Shown here piece after piece: positions 27,314 to 40,273 of a stretch of 59,863 nucleotides of DNA (positions within the stretch are counted from its first letter, which is position 1; each line of letters starts with the position of its first letter). The notes beneath the pieces are model-generated. The model saw only the letters and a list, made by a program, of their open reading frames with translations, was not told the DNA's origin and ran no database searches. The stretch comes from Octopus bimaculoides. Lineage: Eukaryota. The position numbers were made by a program, and so were the translations under genes. The DNA is taken from contig NC_068995.1 of NCBI RefSeq assembly GCF_001194135.2, positions 51,988,022-52,047,884 on the forward strand, given 5' to 3'.

Positions 27314-28391
27314 CAGATAGATAGATGTGTATGTTGTAAACAAATACTTGTGCTTTGGTGCCAGAGCTTGATCGTGTATGCCGATCCAAAGTGGCGTGAC
27401 GAGGTGCGGCCATGGGCGCCAAATGCACACTTAGCGATTCAACAGTAGATACGGATTTTAAACAAAAATTGCAACAATGGTATGATAAAAGAAATAGAGC
27501 AGAAAATTTCAATAAAGAACACGTGAGGACAATGGCCCGGCGTGGCCGCAGAACAGTGGTTGAAAACAGTAAGTGAAAGAGGGAATAAAATAATTAGAAA
27601 TATAACGGAATAACATGTCTAAGTAAGGAGTGAGAACATCTCCAGGAAAAGTAAATCAACGGCTGACCTTTCCGGGGTCATATTGGCTTCCGGTGGAGCC
27701 GACATTGACGCAAGGGAAAGGCAGGGGAGCGTAAAGCGTTTGATGAATGACAGTCAATTAAGATAGTCATCAATTCCTTAATAAAATTCATTGAAAAACT
27801 TGATAGGCATAACTAATGGATAGATAACTAACATATTAAGTCAGTGTGGGGTGACAGACATAATTGATTGAACTAAATATGAGATGTATATATGCGCGCG
27901 GGCGTGTGTGCGTGCGTGTATGTGTGTATGTGTGTGTGTAATTGAAACGTAATGTAATATGTGTGTGTGTGTGTGCGAGTGTGTGACTGCTTATATATGT
28001 AATGTGTTTATATGTTCACATGTTAATAAGTACGTTGATATATATACATACATATATATATAAATATATATATATACTTATATATACATATACATATATA
28101 TACATATATACACATATACATATATATATATACATATATATACATATACATATATATGCATATACATATATATATATACATACATATACATATACATACA
28201 TATACATACATATACACATATATATATATACATATGTGTGTGCATGTGTAGATATATGTTTATGTATGTAAAGTACATGTGTGTACGTGTGTGCATACAT
28301 ACATACATATGAATGCATCTATAAAGCTATGTATATGTATGGGTGTATGGTGCATGCGCTTGAATAGGTTTGTGTATATACTTTCACACAT

Positions 28392-28456
28392 ACACTTCCA
28401 CACACTTCCACACACTTCCACACACTTCCACACACTTCCACACACTTCCACACACA
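28392..28456. repeat. 10-bp minisatellite (CACACTTCCA) x about 6
   Basis: Directly visible. Confidence 0.9.
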
Positions 28457-29586
28457 TATTTAACTGCAAATATAAAAATGTATGAAAACATAAATATTCG
28501 TATGAAATGTGTAGAGGCAGAACATACCAATATATATGCATATATTTTTACATATCTCTATATCTCTTTGATTTGCATATGTGGTGTACGCAGCCACTTG
28601 TTTCTATCTTAACTCGTCTATCCATACATCTTATGCGTCGGGGAAAAGGGTTCACTCTACGTATAATTTTCAAATTACTCGACTGTCATTTTATGTATTT
28701 CCCTATCAATCAATCTTCTCTTCTGCATGTATATACACACATGTATATATATATACGTGTATATACATACATATATGCGTGTGTGTGCGTGTGAGTATGT
28801 GCGTAATTCTCTATGTATGTACATGTGCATATTTGTGCGTATATATATATATATATATATATATATNNNNNNNNNNTGCGCTGCCCAGCCCACCTCAGTG
28901 AAAACAAACGGTAAGGGCTGTTTCACCATAGCGAGGTGAGGTGATGAACGCTGGAGAAACAAGCTTTGACAGGAGACAGACAATAATGCGTCTTATCCCT
29001 GTAGCTGAACGAGAGGAAAGAAAGAAATTCAGTGAGAAATAGTCGAAGTAATAGACTAGCCACCGCCACCAGCTCCCATGAAAATTGCTGGCCTTGTGCC
29101 AAAATGGAAACCATTAAGAATATATGGGTGAAGACTATCTGATTTATTTTACTGCTCCATTGAGGTCATTTGGTTATCACAAACCGCGTTCATTGAAAGC
29201 TTTGGCAAACTTTCTTTGTCCATCAACTTTCGACACGCTTCTTCGGTTCTCTTATTCAAGTCCAGCTCTTCAGTAATCAGCAAAATTACAACGAAAACCA
29301 AGGAATTTTCTAATCGCAATTCAATTCTATTCTCAACTCAAACAAAGCCAACATTCTTCGCTTTGTTTGTTAACATTATTCGATAATGTTCAAGTTAAGA
29401 CGATTAAAAATATAATCGATTCTCTCTCTTTCTCACTCTCACTCTCTCTCTCACTCTCTCCTTCTCTCTCTCCGTCTCTCTCTCCTTCTCTCTCTCCGTC
29501 TCTCTCCCCTTCTCTCTCTCTCTCTGTCTCTCTCCTCTCTCTCACACACGCGGGTGCGCATACACTTTCTTCACTTCCTTCTCACT

Positions 29587-29680
<94 letters not shown>

Positions 29681-30472
29681 CTTCCCCGTTCTTCTTCCCC
29701 ATAATACACAAACTGTACCTTACACCCGTTTCTCTCTCCTTTCCTCTGTTTCTGTCTTCATCTTTCTCCTCTGTCTCTCTCTTTTTCTCCTTCTCTCTTG
29801 CAATCACCATTTTGACTTCCAAAATGACAAGCTAATTGGCCATCTTCTTTCAAATGGCATCACAACTTTAACTTTAAGCTTTAAAACTTTATAAGCAACA
29901 CGACTAACTACCTTACAATTACGCTGCTCAAATTCTTATGCCTGTTCTATATACATGTCTCTCCTAAGCCAATGAAAAGAAAGATAATTTCAGACAGAGA
30001 ATCAATTAAATCGACTTCTATAAAATAGCAACTAATTCTACATGGTATCACAATCAAGGGTTTCGCCAATGTAAAGGGCCACATTAGAAAATATCTCCAT
30101 ACATACTCTTAGCAAAATGTGGTAATCATGCCTACGAGGAATGAGATCATAGGCCTGCACGATCAGTGGTGCTGGTAGACCCTTTATGGTGTTTACCAAT
30201 GGCCATACGTTGTTCAATGAAATGAACCACATGTATTGAGCAGCAGTTATGTTATCGGTTTATTTAATACATGACGCGAATCATCATGATACAAGTAACG
30301 CTTTTTTAATATTTACATGGGTTCCACGGTTCCATATCAGCCAAATTTAATCTTCACACGCTCCAACGACGTTGATTGTTCACCAGTACATCAAGTTGAT
30401 TCTGAAAAATAGAGATATAAAATATTGGTTAATTTTAGTCCAAACACATTGTATATAGACAGAAAGACAGAC

Positions 30473-30550
<78 letters not shown>

Positions 30551-31116
30551 GGAACGAAAACTGAATTTAAGAATAAAAACATAAGCAATAAAAGTCAAAT
30601 GGACATACTCTATGAATTTATTAGTTTGNNNNNNNNNNNNNNNNNNNNNNNNNNNNNNNNNNNNNNNNNNNNNNNNNNNNNNNNNNNNNNNNNNNNNNNN
30701 NNNNNNNNNNNNNNNNNNNNNNNNNNNNNNNNNNNNNNNNNNNNNNNNNNNNNNNNNNNNNNNNNNNNNNNNNNNNNNNNNNNNNNNNNNNNNNNNNNNN
30801 NNNNNNNNNNNNNNNNNNNNNNNNNNNNNNNNNNNNNNNNNNNNNNNNNNNNNNNNNNNNNNNNNNNNNNNNNNNNNNNNNNNNNNNNNNNNNNNNNNNN
30901 NNNNNNNNNNNNNNNNNNNNNNNNNNNNNNNNNNNNNNNNNNNNNNNNNNNNNNNNNNNNNNNNNNNNNNNNNNNNNNNNNNNNNNNNNNNNNNNNNNNN
31001 NNNNNNNNNNNNNNNNNNNNNNNNNNNNNNNNNNNNNNNNNNNNNNNNNNNNNNNNNNNNNNNNNNNNNNNNNNNNNNNNNNNNNNNNNNNNNNNNNNTT
31101 TATTATATGTATACTT

Positions 31117-31290
31117 AGGGCGGCGAGCTGGCATTTCGTCCGTCTTTACGTTGAGTTCAGATCCCAGCAAGGTCGACTTTGCCTTTCCCTCTTTCGTGGT
31201 CGATAAATTAAGTACCAGTTGAACTCTGGAGTCGATGTAATCGATTCCCCCCTCTCCCAAATTTCAGACCTTGTGTCTATAGTAGAAAGG

Positions 31291-31355
<65 letters not shown>
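31117..31355 (+). mobile_element. SINE family A with internal deletion, tail type 1 and (ATT)n tail
   Basis: gggcggcgagctggca joined directly to tttcgtccg; ends gtagaaagg(att)n. Confidence 0.85.
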
Positions 31356-31356
<1 letters not shown>

Positions 31357-31595
31357 GCTGTTGTTGCTGATGCTGTTGCTGATGTTGTTCTTGCTAATGT
31401 TGTTGTTATCATCATCATCATGATCCTCACCATCATCATCATCAGTTTTACTATTACTATTATTGTTGTTGGTGGTGTTGTAGGTAGTGTTGTGGTGATG
31501 GCATCTTTTTGTTCTTATTTATATTTCTGTTTTCCTTACGCTGCATCTCACCAACTCCTTGGAGACTTCAGCTGATTTTATACACATACACACAT

Positions 31596-31632
<37 letters not shown>

Positions 31633-31898
31633 CATGCTCACACACACACACATATATATATGTATATACATTTATGTACATAGTGTATGTTTACGTTTGT
31701 ATGTATACATGTATACATACATGCATGTATATCCCTCCTCTCTCTCTCTATTTCCTTCTTTCTTTCTTTCTTTCTCCTTTCCTTTTCTTCCTTGCTTTTC
31801 ATATCCCAGATGGCAATTTCATTCACACATTCGTTTCAACAGCTCAAAAGCTGCAACTGATATTGTGTTGTATTCAAAAGCTCATCTCCTCTCCACCA

Positions 31899-31931
<33 letters not shown>

Positions 31932-32637
31932 GACCTCCACCACCAACATCACCGCCAACGCGGATGGAAAATGGCGTCGAGGTGCCAAATATACGAAGGA
32001 CAAGAAAGCAAAGCAAACACAAGATTACCGGTATAGCTCATCTTACTTGTTTAATGGTGTGTCGTTATTGTTTTATATTTCCTTCGATTTTCTAGATGCT
32101 GTTCACGTTGTCGTCTGGNNNNNNNNNNNNNNNNNNNNNNNNNNNNNNNNNNNNNNNNNNNNNNNNNNNNNNNNNNNNNNNNNNNNNNNNNNNNNNNNNN
32201 NNNNNNNNNNNNNNNNNNNNNNNNNNNNNNNNNNNNNNNNNNNNNNNNNNNNNNNNNNNNNNNNNNNNNNNNNNNNNNNNNNNNNNNNNNNNNNNNNNNN
32301 NNNNNNNNNNNNNNNNNNNNNNNNNNNNNNNNNNNNNNNNNNNNNNNNNNNNNNNNNNNNNNNNNNNNNNNNNNNNNNNNNNNNNNNNNNNNNNNNNNNN
32401 NNNNNNNNNNNNNNNNNNNNNNNNNNNNNNNNNNNNNNNNNNNNNNNNNNNNNNNNNNNNNNNNNNNNNNNNNNNNNNNNNNNNNNNNNNNNNNNNNNNN
32501 NNNNNNNNNNNNNNNNNNNNNNNNNNNAAGAAGAAGAAGAAGAAGAAGAAGAAGAAGAAGAAGAAGAAGAAGAAGAAGAAGAAGAAGAAGAAGAAGAAGA
32601 AGAAGAAGAAGAAGAAGAAGACGAAGAAGAAGAAGAA

Positions 32638-32763
32638 GAGTGAACTGGAGCAACGTGAAATAAAGTGTCTTGCTCAAGAACACAACCCACAGCTCAGTAC
32701 GGGAATACGAACTCACTACCTCGTGGTTGTGAGCCAGACGTTCTAACCACTGAGCCTTCGCCT
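32638..32763 (-). mobile_element. SINE family C, 5' half
   Basis: Reverse complement ggcgaaggctcagtggttagaacg...gagttcgtattccc...tgtgttcttgagcaagacactttatttcacgttgctccag matches 13412-13525. Confidence 0.85.
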
Positions 32764-34379
32764 TATATACACAAGCATACATATGTGAATATATATGTGT
32801 GTGTGTCTGCACACACACACACACACACACATTTCAACAAATCCCTGAATCTAAACTATTCCCCAGAGTGAAAAATTTCTGTAATTGCTTCAATTACAAA
32901 TTTCGAAACTCGCGTTTGTAGGTTTGTTTGCTTGCTTTTTTAAATACTTTTTGTTTTTATTTCAGTTGTCACTCTCACCAAATTATCCTCTACCACCGGT
33001 ATGTCTACGTCATTTCTTTATTCTTCATATTTGCCAAGTTTTTCTATTCAAGATTTTCTTCTACTCTATCTTTTCCGATTTATTTCTACTTTTCACACAC
33101 TCCGTAGTATCCCCTGGTGATAATACATCGATCATCCAACAAAGGTTGTTTTTTTGAGTGACATTATCAGGTTTCCTTTGCTTATGTCGTGATTACGTGG
33201 AGTGTTGAAGTCCCACAGTTGCTCCATCCAGTTACCATTTACCTGACATAAGCATATANNNNNNNNNNNNNNNNNNNNNNNNNNNNNNNNNNNNNNNNNN
33301 NNNNNNNNNNNNNNNNNNNNNNNNNNNNNNNNNNNNNNNNNNNNNNNNNNNNNNNNNNNNNNNNNNNNNNNNNNNNNNNNNNNNNNNNNNNNNNNNNNNN
33401 NNNNNNNNNNNNNNNNNNNNNNNNNNNNNNNNNNNNNNNNNNNNNNNNNNNNNNNNNNNNNNNNNNNNNNNNNNNNNNNNNNNNNNNNNNNNNNNNNNNN
33501 NNNNNNNNNNNNNNNNNNNNNNNNNNNNNNNNNNNNNNNNNNNNNNNNNNNNNNNNNNNNNNNNNNNNNNNNNNNNNNNNNNNNNNNNNNNNNNNNNNNN
33601 NNNNNNNNNNNNNNNNNNNNNNNNNNNNNNNNNNNNNNNNNNNNNNNNNNNNNNNNNNNNNNNNNNNNNNNNNNNNNNNNNNNNNNNNNNNNNNNNNNNN
33701 NNNNNNNNNNNNNNNNNNNNNNNNNNNNNNNNNNNNNNNNNNNNNNNNNATATATATATACATACGTACAAATATTCGTTCACGTATGCATACATACATA
33801 TATGCATGAATATATACACATATACATACATATGTACATACATACATAGATTCATACATACATGCACACACATACATACACACACATATACATACATACA
33901 TACATACACACATACATACATACATACATACATACATACATACATACATACATACATACATACATACATACATACGTACTAGTACGTACGTACGTACATA
34001 GCAAAACCCGTTATTGAATACATCCATAAACATGAAGACAAGGACTATTGGTGAAGCGTACCCAGCAAAGCTTCTACGAAGTGCAAACATATTGCTGTCT
34101 GGGACCGATTATTACATAAACATCCAATAAAACAAAAGAGAGAAGTGCTGAAGAGCAAAAGTGTATTGCTTTAGTGAGTCGAACTTACGATGTTCTCGCA
34201 AATTCTCAATGGAATCGTTTTTCACTTAATATACTCTGTAAATGATAATGGCAGGGATGCTACTTCGGTATTTCCTAAATAATACCCTCTCCTGAACTGT
34301 TGTGCTTTATTTTGGGTAGTCACAAGAATTCCTGTACACAGAAACATCAACGCAAGGAATATTCGCGGAAACATTCCCA

Positions 34380-35146
34380 TCAAAACTTCTACCAGGTGCA
34401 ATCATAACAGGTAGGATTTCCCAGATCATTATATCAGGTCTGTTGTGCTTATATTTTATTGAGGCCGTACATTTTATTAAGGTACATTCCACCAGTATTC
34501 CTTTTCATTATCAATGGCTATGGCTTCTACCATATTGTGAATTTTTATTTCTTTGTCCTCGGAATAATCCTTCCGACGGATTTCATTATATAGTGTCATA
34601 TCTCATCGGTAGATAATACCGTGATGACATTTTCGGACAACTGCTTATGGTGTGGGTGATATCTTCAGTGTGAACTCCACAAAGTCTGCATCGGTTGTCA
34701 CATTTAATGGCTTTTTTTTTTCTGTTGGAATGTCGCTAGCTGCGAGACCACGTGGTGCTCCTAGGTCATTCACGTTTTCGTTTTTGCTTATAGAGTTGAG
34801 AAGAAGGTTAATTTTCGATTTTTTTAATAAAGTTACAGTTACTAACCTTCTTTCTATGTTCTACAAATGTTGCTTGTCGGCATAGTTGCTTCGCAGTAGA
34901 AAGTTTTAATTCTGGATTCAGATCGTCCCGATATGATTTCAGTCGATTCATATAGCCAACAGCAGGATTTCGTTTCGCTTTTTCGTAGCAGTTAAATAGA
35001 TCATTATTCAATTCATAACTCCAAGAGAAGTGAGTTTTATAGTTACGGTTTCTTCTATAACTACAGGTAGAAAGAATTTGTTTACCTGTTGAGCTGTTGT
35101 TTTCGTTCTGTTCCTCGATTGTGTTGTTGATGTTGTGTCCATCCAT
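34380..35146 (-). mobile_element. R4/Dong-type (RLE) non-LTR retrotransposon remnant lacking the RT domain
   Basis: N-terminal WSYELNNDLFNCYEKAKRNPAVGYMNRLK; CCHC finger CRLCGVHTEDITHTISSC (34637-34690); SSRYYLPMRYD; EYWWNV; KHNRPDIMIW (34418-34450). Confidence 0.85.
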
Positions 35147-35605
35147 GTTGTTTGTAGTAACCCTCTGCGTGCTAAATTCAAGTTTCAGTCGAAAATCACT
35201 ACGATCGTGAATAAAAGACTCCCCTCAGTTAATTCCTCTGAAGATTAACCAGTTATTTAACAAGGCTGATAGTTGTGGCTCCAAATCTGGAGATAGAATT
35301 TATCGTATTTTCGATAAATAGTCTCCCACCAAATACGCGACTTATCGCTTCGAGTATGCATGCATGCATGTATGTATGTATGTATGTATGTATGTATGTG
35401 CGAGATTGAGTGTGAGTGCGCATGTGTGTATTCTATAAACTTCTCTCATTCTCAGTTTTGGCAATTTGTATTTAAAATAGATTCCATCTTTTATCGTGTC
35501 AGACTTCTTACATGCGATGAAATGTAATCTACACTGCACACATCTACACCTATGGACATAACAGTTATACATACATATATACGCAAACATATACATGTGC
35601 CTGTG

Positions 35606-35649
<44 letters not shown>

Positions 35650-36801
35650 NNNNNNNNNNNNNNNNNNNNNNNNNNNNNNNNNNNNNNNNNNNNNNNNNNN
35701 NNNNNNNNNNNNNNNNNNNNNNNNNNNNNNNNNNNNNNNNNNNNNNNNNNNNNNNNNNNNNNNNNNNNNNNNNNNNNNNNNNNNNNNNNNNNNNNNNNNN
35801 NNNNNNNNNNNNNNNNNNNNNNNNNNNNNNNNNNNNNNNNNNNNNNNNNNNNNNNNNNNNNNNNNNNNNNNNNNNNNNNNNNNNNNNNNNNNNNNNNNNN
35901 NNNNNNNNNNNNNNNNNNNNNNNNNNNNNNNNNNNNNNNNNNNNNNNNNNNNNNNNNNNNNNNNNNNNNNNNNNNNNNNNNNNNNNNNNNNNNNNNNNNN
36001 NNNNNNNNNNNNNNNNNNNNNNNNNNNNNNNNNNNNNNNNNNNNNNNNNNNNNNNNNNNNNNNNNNNNNNNNNNNNNNNNNNNNNNNNNNNNNNNNNNNN
36101 NNNNNNNNNNNNNNNNNNNNNNNNNNNNNNNNNNNNNNNNNNNNNNNNNNNNNNNNNNNNNNNNNNNNNNNNNNNNNNNNNNNNNNNNNNNNNNNNNNNN
36201 NNNNNNNNNNNNNNNNNNNNNNNNNNNNNNNNNNNNNNNNNNNNNNNNNNNNNNNNNNNNNNNNNNNNNNNNNNNNNNNNNNNNNNNNNNNNNNNNNNNN
36301 NNNNNNNNNCACACACACACACACACACACACACGCATGCACACACACGCATGCACATACACGTAAGTACAAATTCATCTACCGACACGTGCGCGATGCA
36401 ATTTCGTTTGCACCGCACCGAGGTAGAGAGAGACAGAGAGAGACAGATAGGGAGGGAGAGAGAGAAGCGATATCGAGTGTCGACGGCGGTTAGCAACCAC
36501 AAAATACATTTATCTAAAGCCTCCATCATCAGAATGTGTGCCACACCCCCACCACCCAGCCGTGGGAGGTTTTACCGAGTTATATTTCCAGTGGAATAAT
36601 TACCTGATGATGTACAACTATTTGCGCTATGTGCAACATCTTCGTGGAAATCTATTTACAATTCACCCGAACCACTGAACACGTACTTACGGCTTTTTAC
36701 ATCCTCACAACGATGTGTTTAGAATTAAACACTTCCATTTCCTTCTCTCTTCTCTTTACCTTTCTTCTTTCCTTCTCTTATCTCTTCCTCTCCCTCCTAC
36801 C

Positions 36802-36838
<37 letters not shown>

Positions 36839-37243
36839 TCTGCCTCTCCTTCTCTCTCCTTTACCTGTATTCTTTCCAATTCTCTTCCAACTTTTTAACT
36901 CTTATATCTCTTCTACATCTGATGAAGCCCTCAACCGCTACCTTCTTCCTCCTTTTTTTCCTTCCTCCCTCCCCTCGTTCCACTTCTAATTTTGTCTCAC
37001 TTTCTTCTTTCTTTCTTCTCTTTCTTCATTCCTCTGTCTTCTTTATTCTTTTTCCTCTTTGCTTTTTTCTCCTATCATCTTTCTCTCTTTCTACCGTTTC
37101 TGTTTTCTGCTTTTCTTCACTTTATTCTATTTCACCAGATTCTTCACTTTTTCAACCCCTCTTAAATTCTACATTTTTTCACACCTCTTACTTTCCCCAT
37201 TTTATCATCTTTTTCGTTTTACTTTCTCTTCATCTTCACCACC

Positions 37244-37316
<73 letters not shown>

Positions 37317-37549
37317 ATAAAACCCCTATTTTTCTCGCCTTTGCTTCTCTTCCCAGTTCATCCGTTCTACTTGTTTCTGTTTCATGCTTGTTACTATCAC
37401 AGCTACTACAGCTCGTAGCACTACTATTAGGAATAGCACTACCAATACTACTTGGGCAGTCAATGCAGAGACTACTAACATTACTAGTACCATCACCACC
37501 ACCACCACCACCACTACTACTGCTACTACTACTACTACTACCATTGGGT

Positions 37550-37700
37550 AATGGGTTTTGTGATTAAGAACTTCGCTTTGCAAACACGCTGTGTTGGATG
37601 CAGTTCCACCGCGCGCGACCTTGGGCAAGTGTCTTTTGTCAGTCATGTCTTGTGAACGACTTTGGTTGAGACAGAAACTAAGTGGATCTCCTTCATACGC
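37550..37700 (+). mobile_element. SINE family B, degenerate 5' fragment
   Basis: gtgattaagaacttcgctttgcaaacac...gcgaccttgggcaagtgtctttt...cagaaactaa. Confidence 0.7.
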
Positions 37701-38004
37701 TCGAGGCTTTGGGGGAAAGAGTATACAGCGGGGGTCTGTTAACTATGATTTTATTCAACGTTCCCTTCTCAGATCCACACACGTGTTTCAGCGGTCCTTC
37801 AGTTTTTCTAAGCCCTGTAAAAGAAATCCGAAGGTTGGGCCTCCGACCAGGCCTTTTGAGATACCCTTAAAGCCTTTCCGCACACACACATACATACATA
37901 CATACATACATACATACATACATTCACGTGTGTGTGTGTCTGTGTGTGTGCGTGTGTGTTTTCTCTATCGCTCACTCACTCTCTTAATATTATCTTCCAA
38001 TTTA

Positions 38005-38215
38005 AGTTGGCGAGCGGACAAAATCTGTAGCACGCCGTATGAAATGCTCAACGGCATTTCGTCCGTCTCTACGTTTTGAGTTCAAAGTCTGGCGAGATCG
38101 ATTGTGCCTTTCATCCTTTCGGGGTCGATAAAATAAGAACCAGCTGAGCACTGTGGTCGATAGAGTCGTTTTACCGTCTCTGCTGGCCGTGTGCTAAAAT
38201 CTGAAGCCATTAATA
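38005..38215 (+). mobile_element. SINE family A, tail type 3
   Basis: ggcatttcgtccgtctctacgttttgagttcaaa...gcctttcatcctttcggggtcgataaaataag. Confidence 0.85.
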
Positions 38216-38589
38216 TCTTCAATCTTCTCGAACTTTACTCACAATTAAATACTCCTGATTAATGCTTAATAGCCGCGGCATCCAAGCGTAAATTCATATT
38301 ATTCTTATAATCTTTGCCTGAAGAATCTATGAAATAGGAGAATCTATACATATTTCTTCAACATGTGTACCATTCTAACTCCTATCTTGTAATAAGACAC
38401 GTGTAACATGGAATTAAAAATATATCAATTTTTTTTGTTTTTTTTCAGTTTCTGTTTTGATACGCAATTACATTGAAAATTGGATTCACCAAAACTTTCA
38501 ATCGCTGTATATATTACAATTAAAATAAATCATCTACATACATACATTGGATTATAACTTCTTCTATTTCCCACACACACACGCACACG

Positions 38590-38636
<47 letters not shown>

Positions 38637-40225
38637 NNNNNNNNNNNNNNNNNNNNNNNNNNNNNNNNNNNNNNNNNNNNNNNNNNNNNNNNNNNNNNNN
38701 NNNNNNNNNNNNNNNNNNNNNNNNNNNNNNNATATATATATATATATATATATATATACACGCGTTATACGTGCACGTGCGTAATGTGCGTATGTTTTTC
38801 TGAAGTGCCTGAAGGTACTTCGTTAACATGGGTCTAATCTCCAGTCAGCCAAATCTCCAGCGTCCAACACCTTCACCCATGCATACATACACAAATACAT
38901 ACACACACACACACACATACATACATACATACATACATACATACATACATACATACATCACACATGCATGTGGTAATTCACTCTCAAATTTCACGTTGAC
39001 CTAATATTTTTTTAATGAAAGCTAGAATGAAAAAAGAAAGAAAGATAAAAAGAAAGAAAGAAAGAAAGAAAGAAAGGAAGGAAGAAAGGAAGGAAGGAAG
39101 AAAGGAATATGCTTAATGTCATGAACGTCCATTGGTAATCAATGAAGACTTCAACGGTCCTATGATTTCAACCATGCCACCGCTATCGAGGAACCAGAGC
39201 ATCACAACTGCTCCCTCGCTTACTGAAACAGTAGCAATAGTCAAAGTGAAGTCAACCGGAACACAACTTCTGTTCACATGCACTTATCTCAGGTGATGCG
39301 TATCCTAACACTCAGGAAACTAAGGAGATTATTGATGATCGTGTTGCTGCTATTTTGATATTTGTATGAAGTGAAACAGCAGTAGTGTTCTTAGGCTGGT
39401 GTTGTAATAGTGTCCATCGTTGTTATGTACGAGACTTTAAGCAAAGATCTACTAAGATAACTTGGGATCGACCACATCCATTGGAGTGAAATCGAGCAGG
39501 CGAAAACAGTGAGGAAACCGTTTAGAAAGATCGTTCAAATTATTGGGGAGCTGAGATCATTATCTGGCGTTGTGTGTCTTAAGTAGATGTCTATTGCTAG
39601 GATTCGAACCGAATCTCTAATTCTGAGAATATGTTCACCTTACTTTTCTCCTCCCGGACTGGCAGATCTCGAAAAGATCAAATGTACTGCTCTCCCGCCT
39701 CTGACTAAGCGATAGAAGATGTTTGCTTTAAATTGACTATTGAAAAAGATATCAAACTAGAAGCAAATATTATCATTTCGTATAATCTGTTCTGAATAAA
39801 CATAGTCAGACATTAAAATATCAATAAAATTTTTTACCGCCTTTTGATATCAACAGTTTCTTTAATATAATGGCTTCAGTGAAGTTAAACCATTACAAGT
39901 GACAATGCTATAAACTTTTTCGGGTATGTATGTGTGTATGTATGTATTTATGTATGTATGTATGTATGTACTTTTAGGTCATTTTAAATAAAACCCTTGA
40001 TTCAATAGCACTCTGTACAAACTTTATACTTGGAATGACCACTTTTAGATACTATTCGATTTTACTCACAAAGTATTGGAATCTTATATGTATACCATTC
40101 TGCCTAAATAATGGATTTACAAATGCAATATCCCTGCATATCTCACATCTATTTTCATTCCTCCACTTCACTCTCTATTTCGTATTTTATCTAAATTAAC
40201 TATTACTTAACCATTTTCTCACACC

Positions 40226-40273
40226 GTCTCTGATGAAGGGGTATAATAAATATTCTGGAAACAGCTGTAAGAC
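40226..40273 (+). ncRNA. Minimal type I hammerhead ribozyme motif (Penelope-like terminal-repeat type)
   Basis: Stem I GTCT/AGAC; core CTGATGA (40230-36); wobble-rich stem II; GAAA (40258-61); stem III AC-agct-GT with palindromic loop; predicted cleavage after GUA (40269). Confidence 0.65.

Noticed and set aside
28392-28456. Short regular repeats (also the 17-mer at 41573-41620 and the palindromic 18-mer at 55865-55908) as CRISPR-like arrays
   Set aside because: They are head-to-tail with no unique spacers, in a eukaryotic context with no cas genes
30038-30232. ORF containing YIGET (GIY-YIG-like)
   Set aside because: No upstream GIY or Cys context and no downstream R..EH motif
36600-36680. 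TGATGA...CTGA box C/D snoRNA-like spacing
   Set aside because: No terminal stem or recognisable guide; such motifs are frequent by chance
39118-39300. LVINEDFNG resembling the AP-endonuclease GDFN motif
   Set aside because: A single motif with no other APE blocks in any frame
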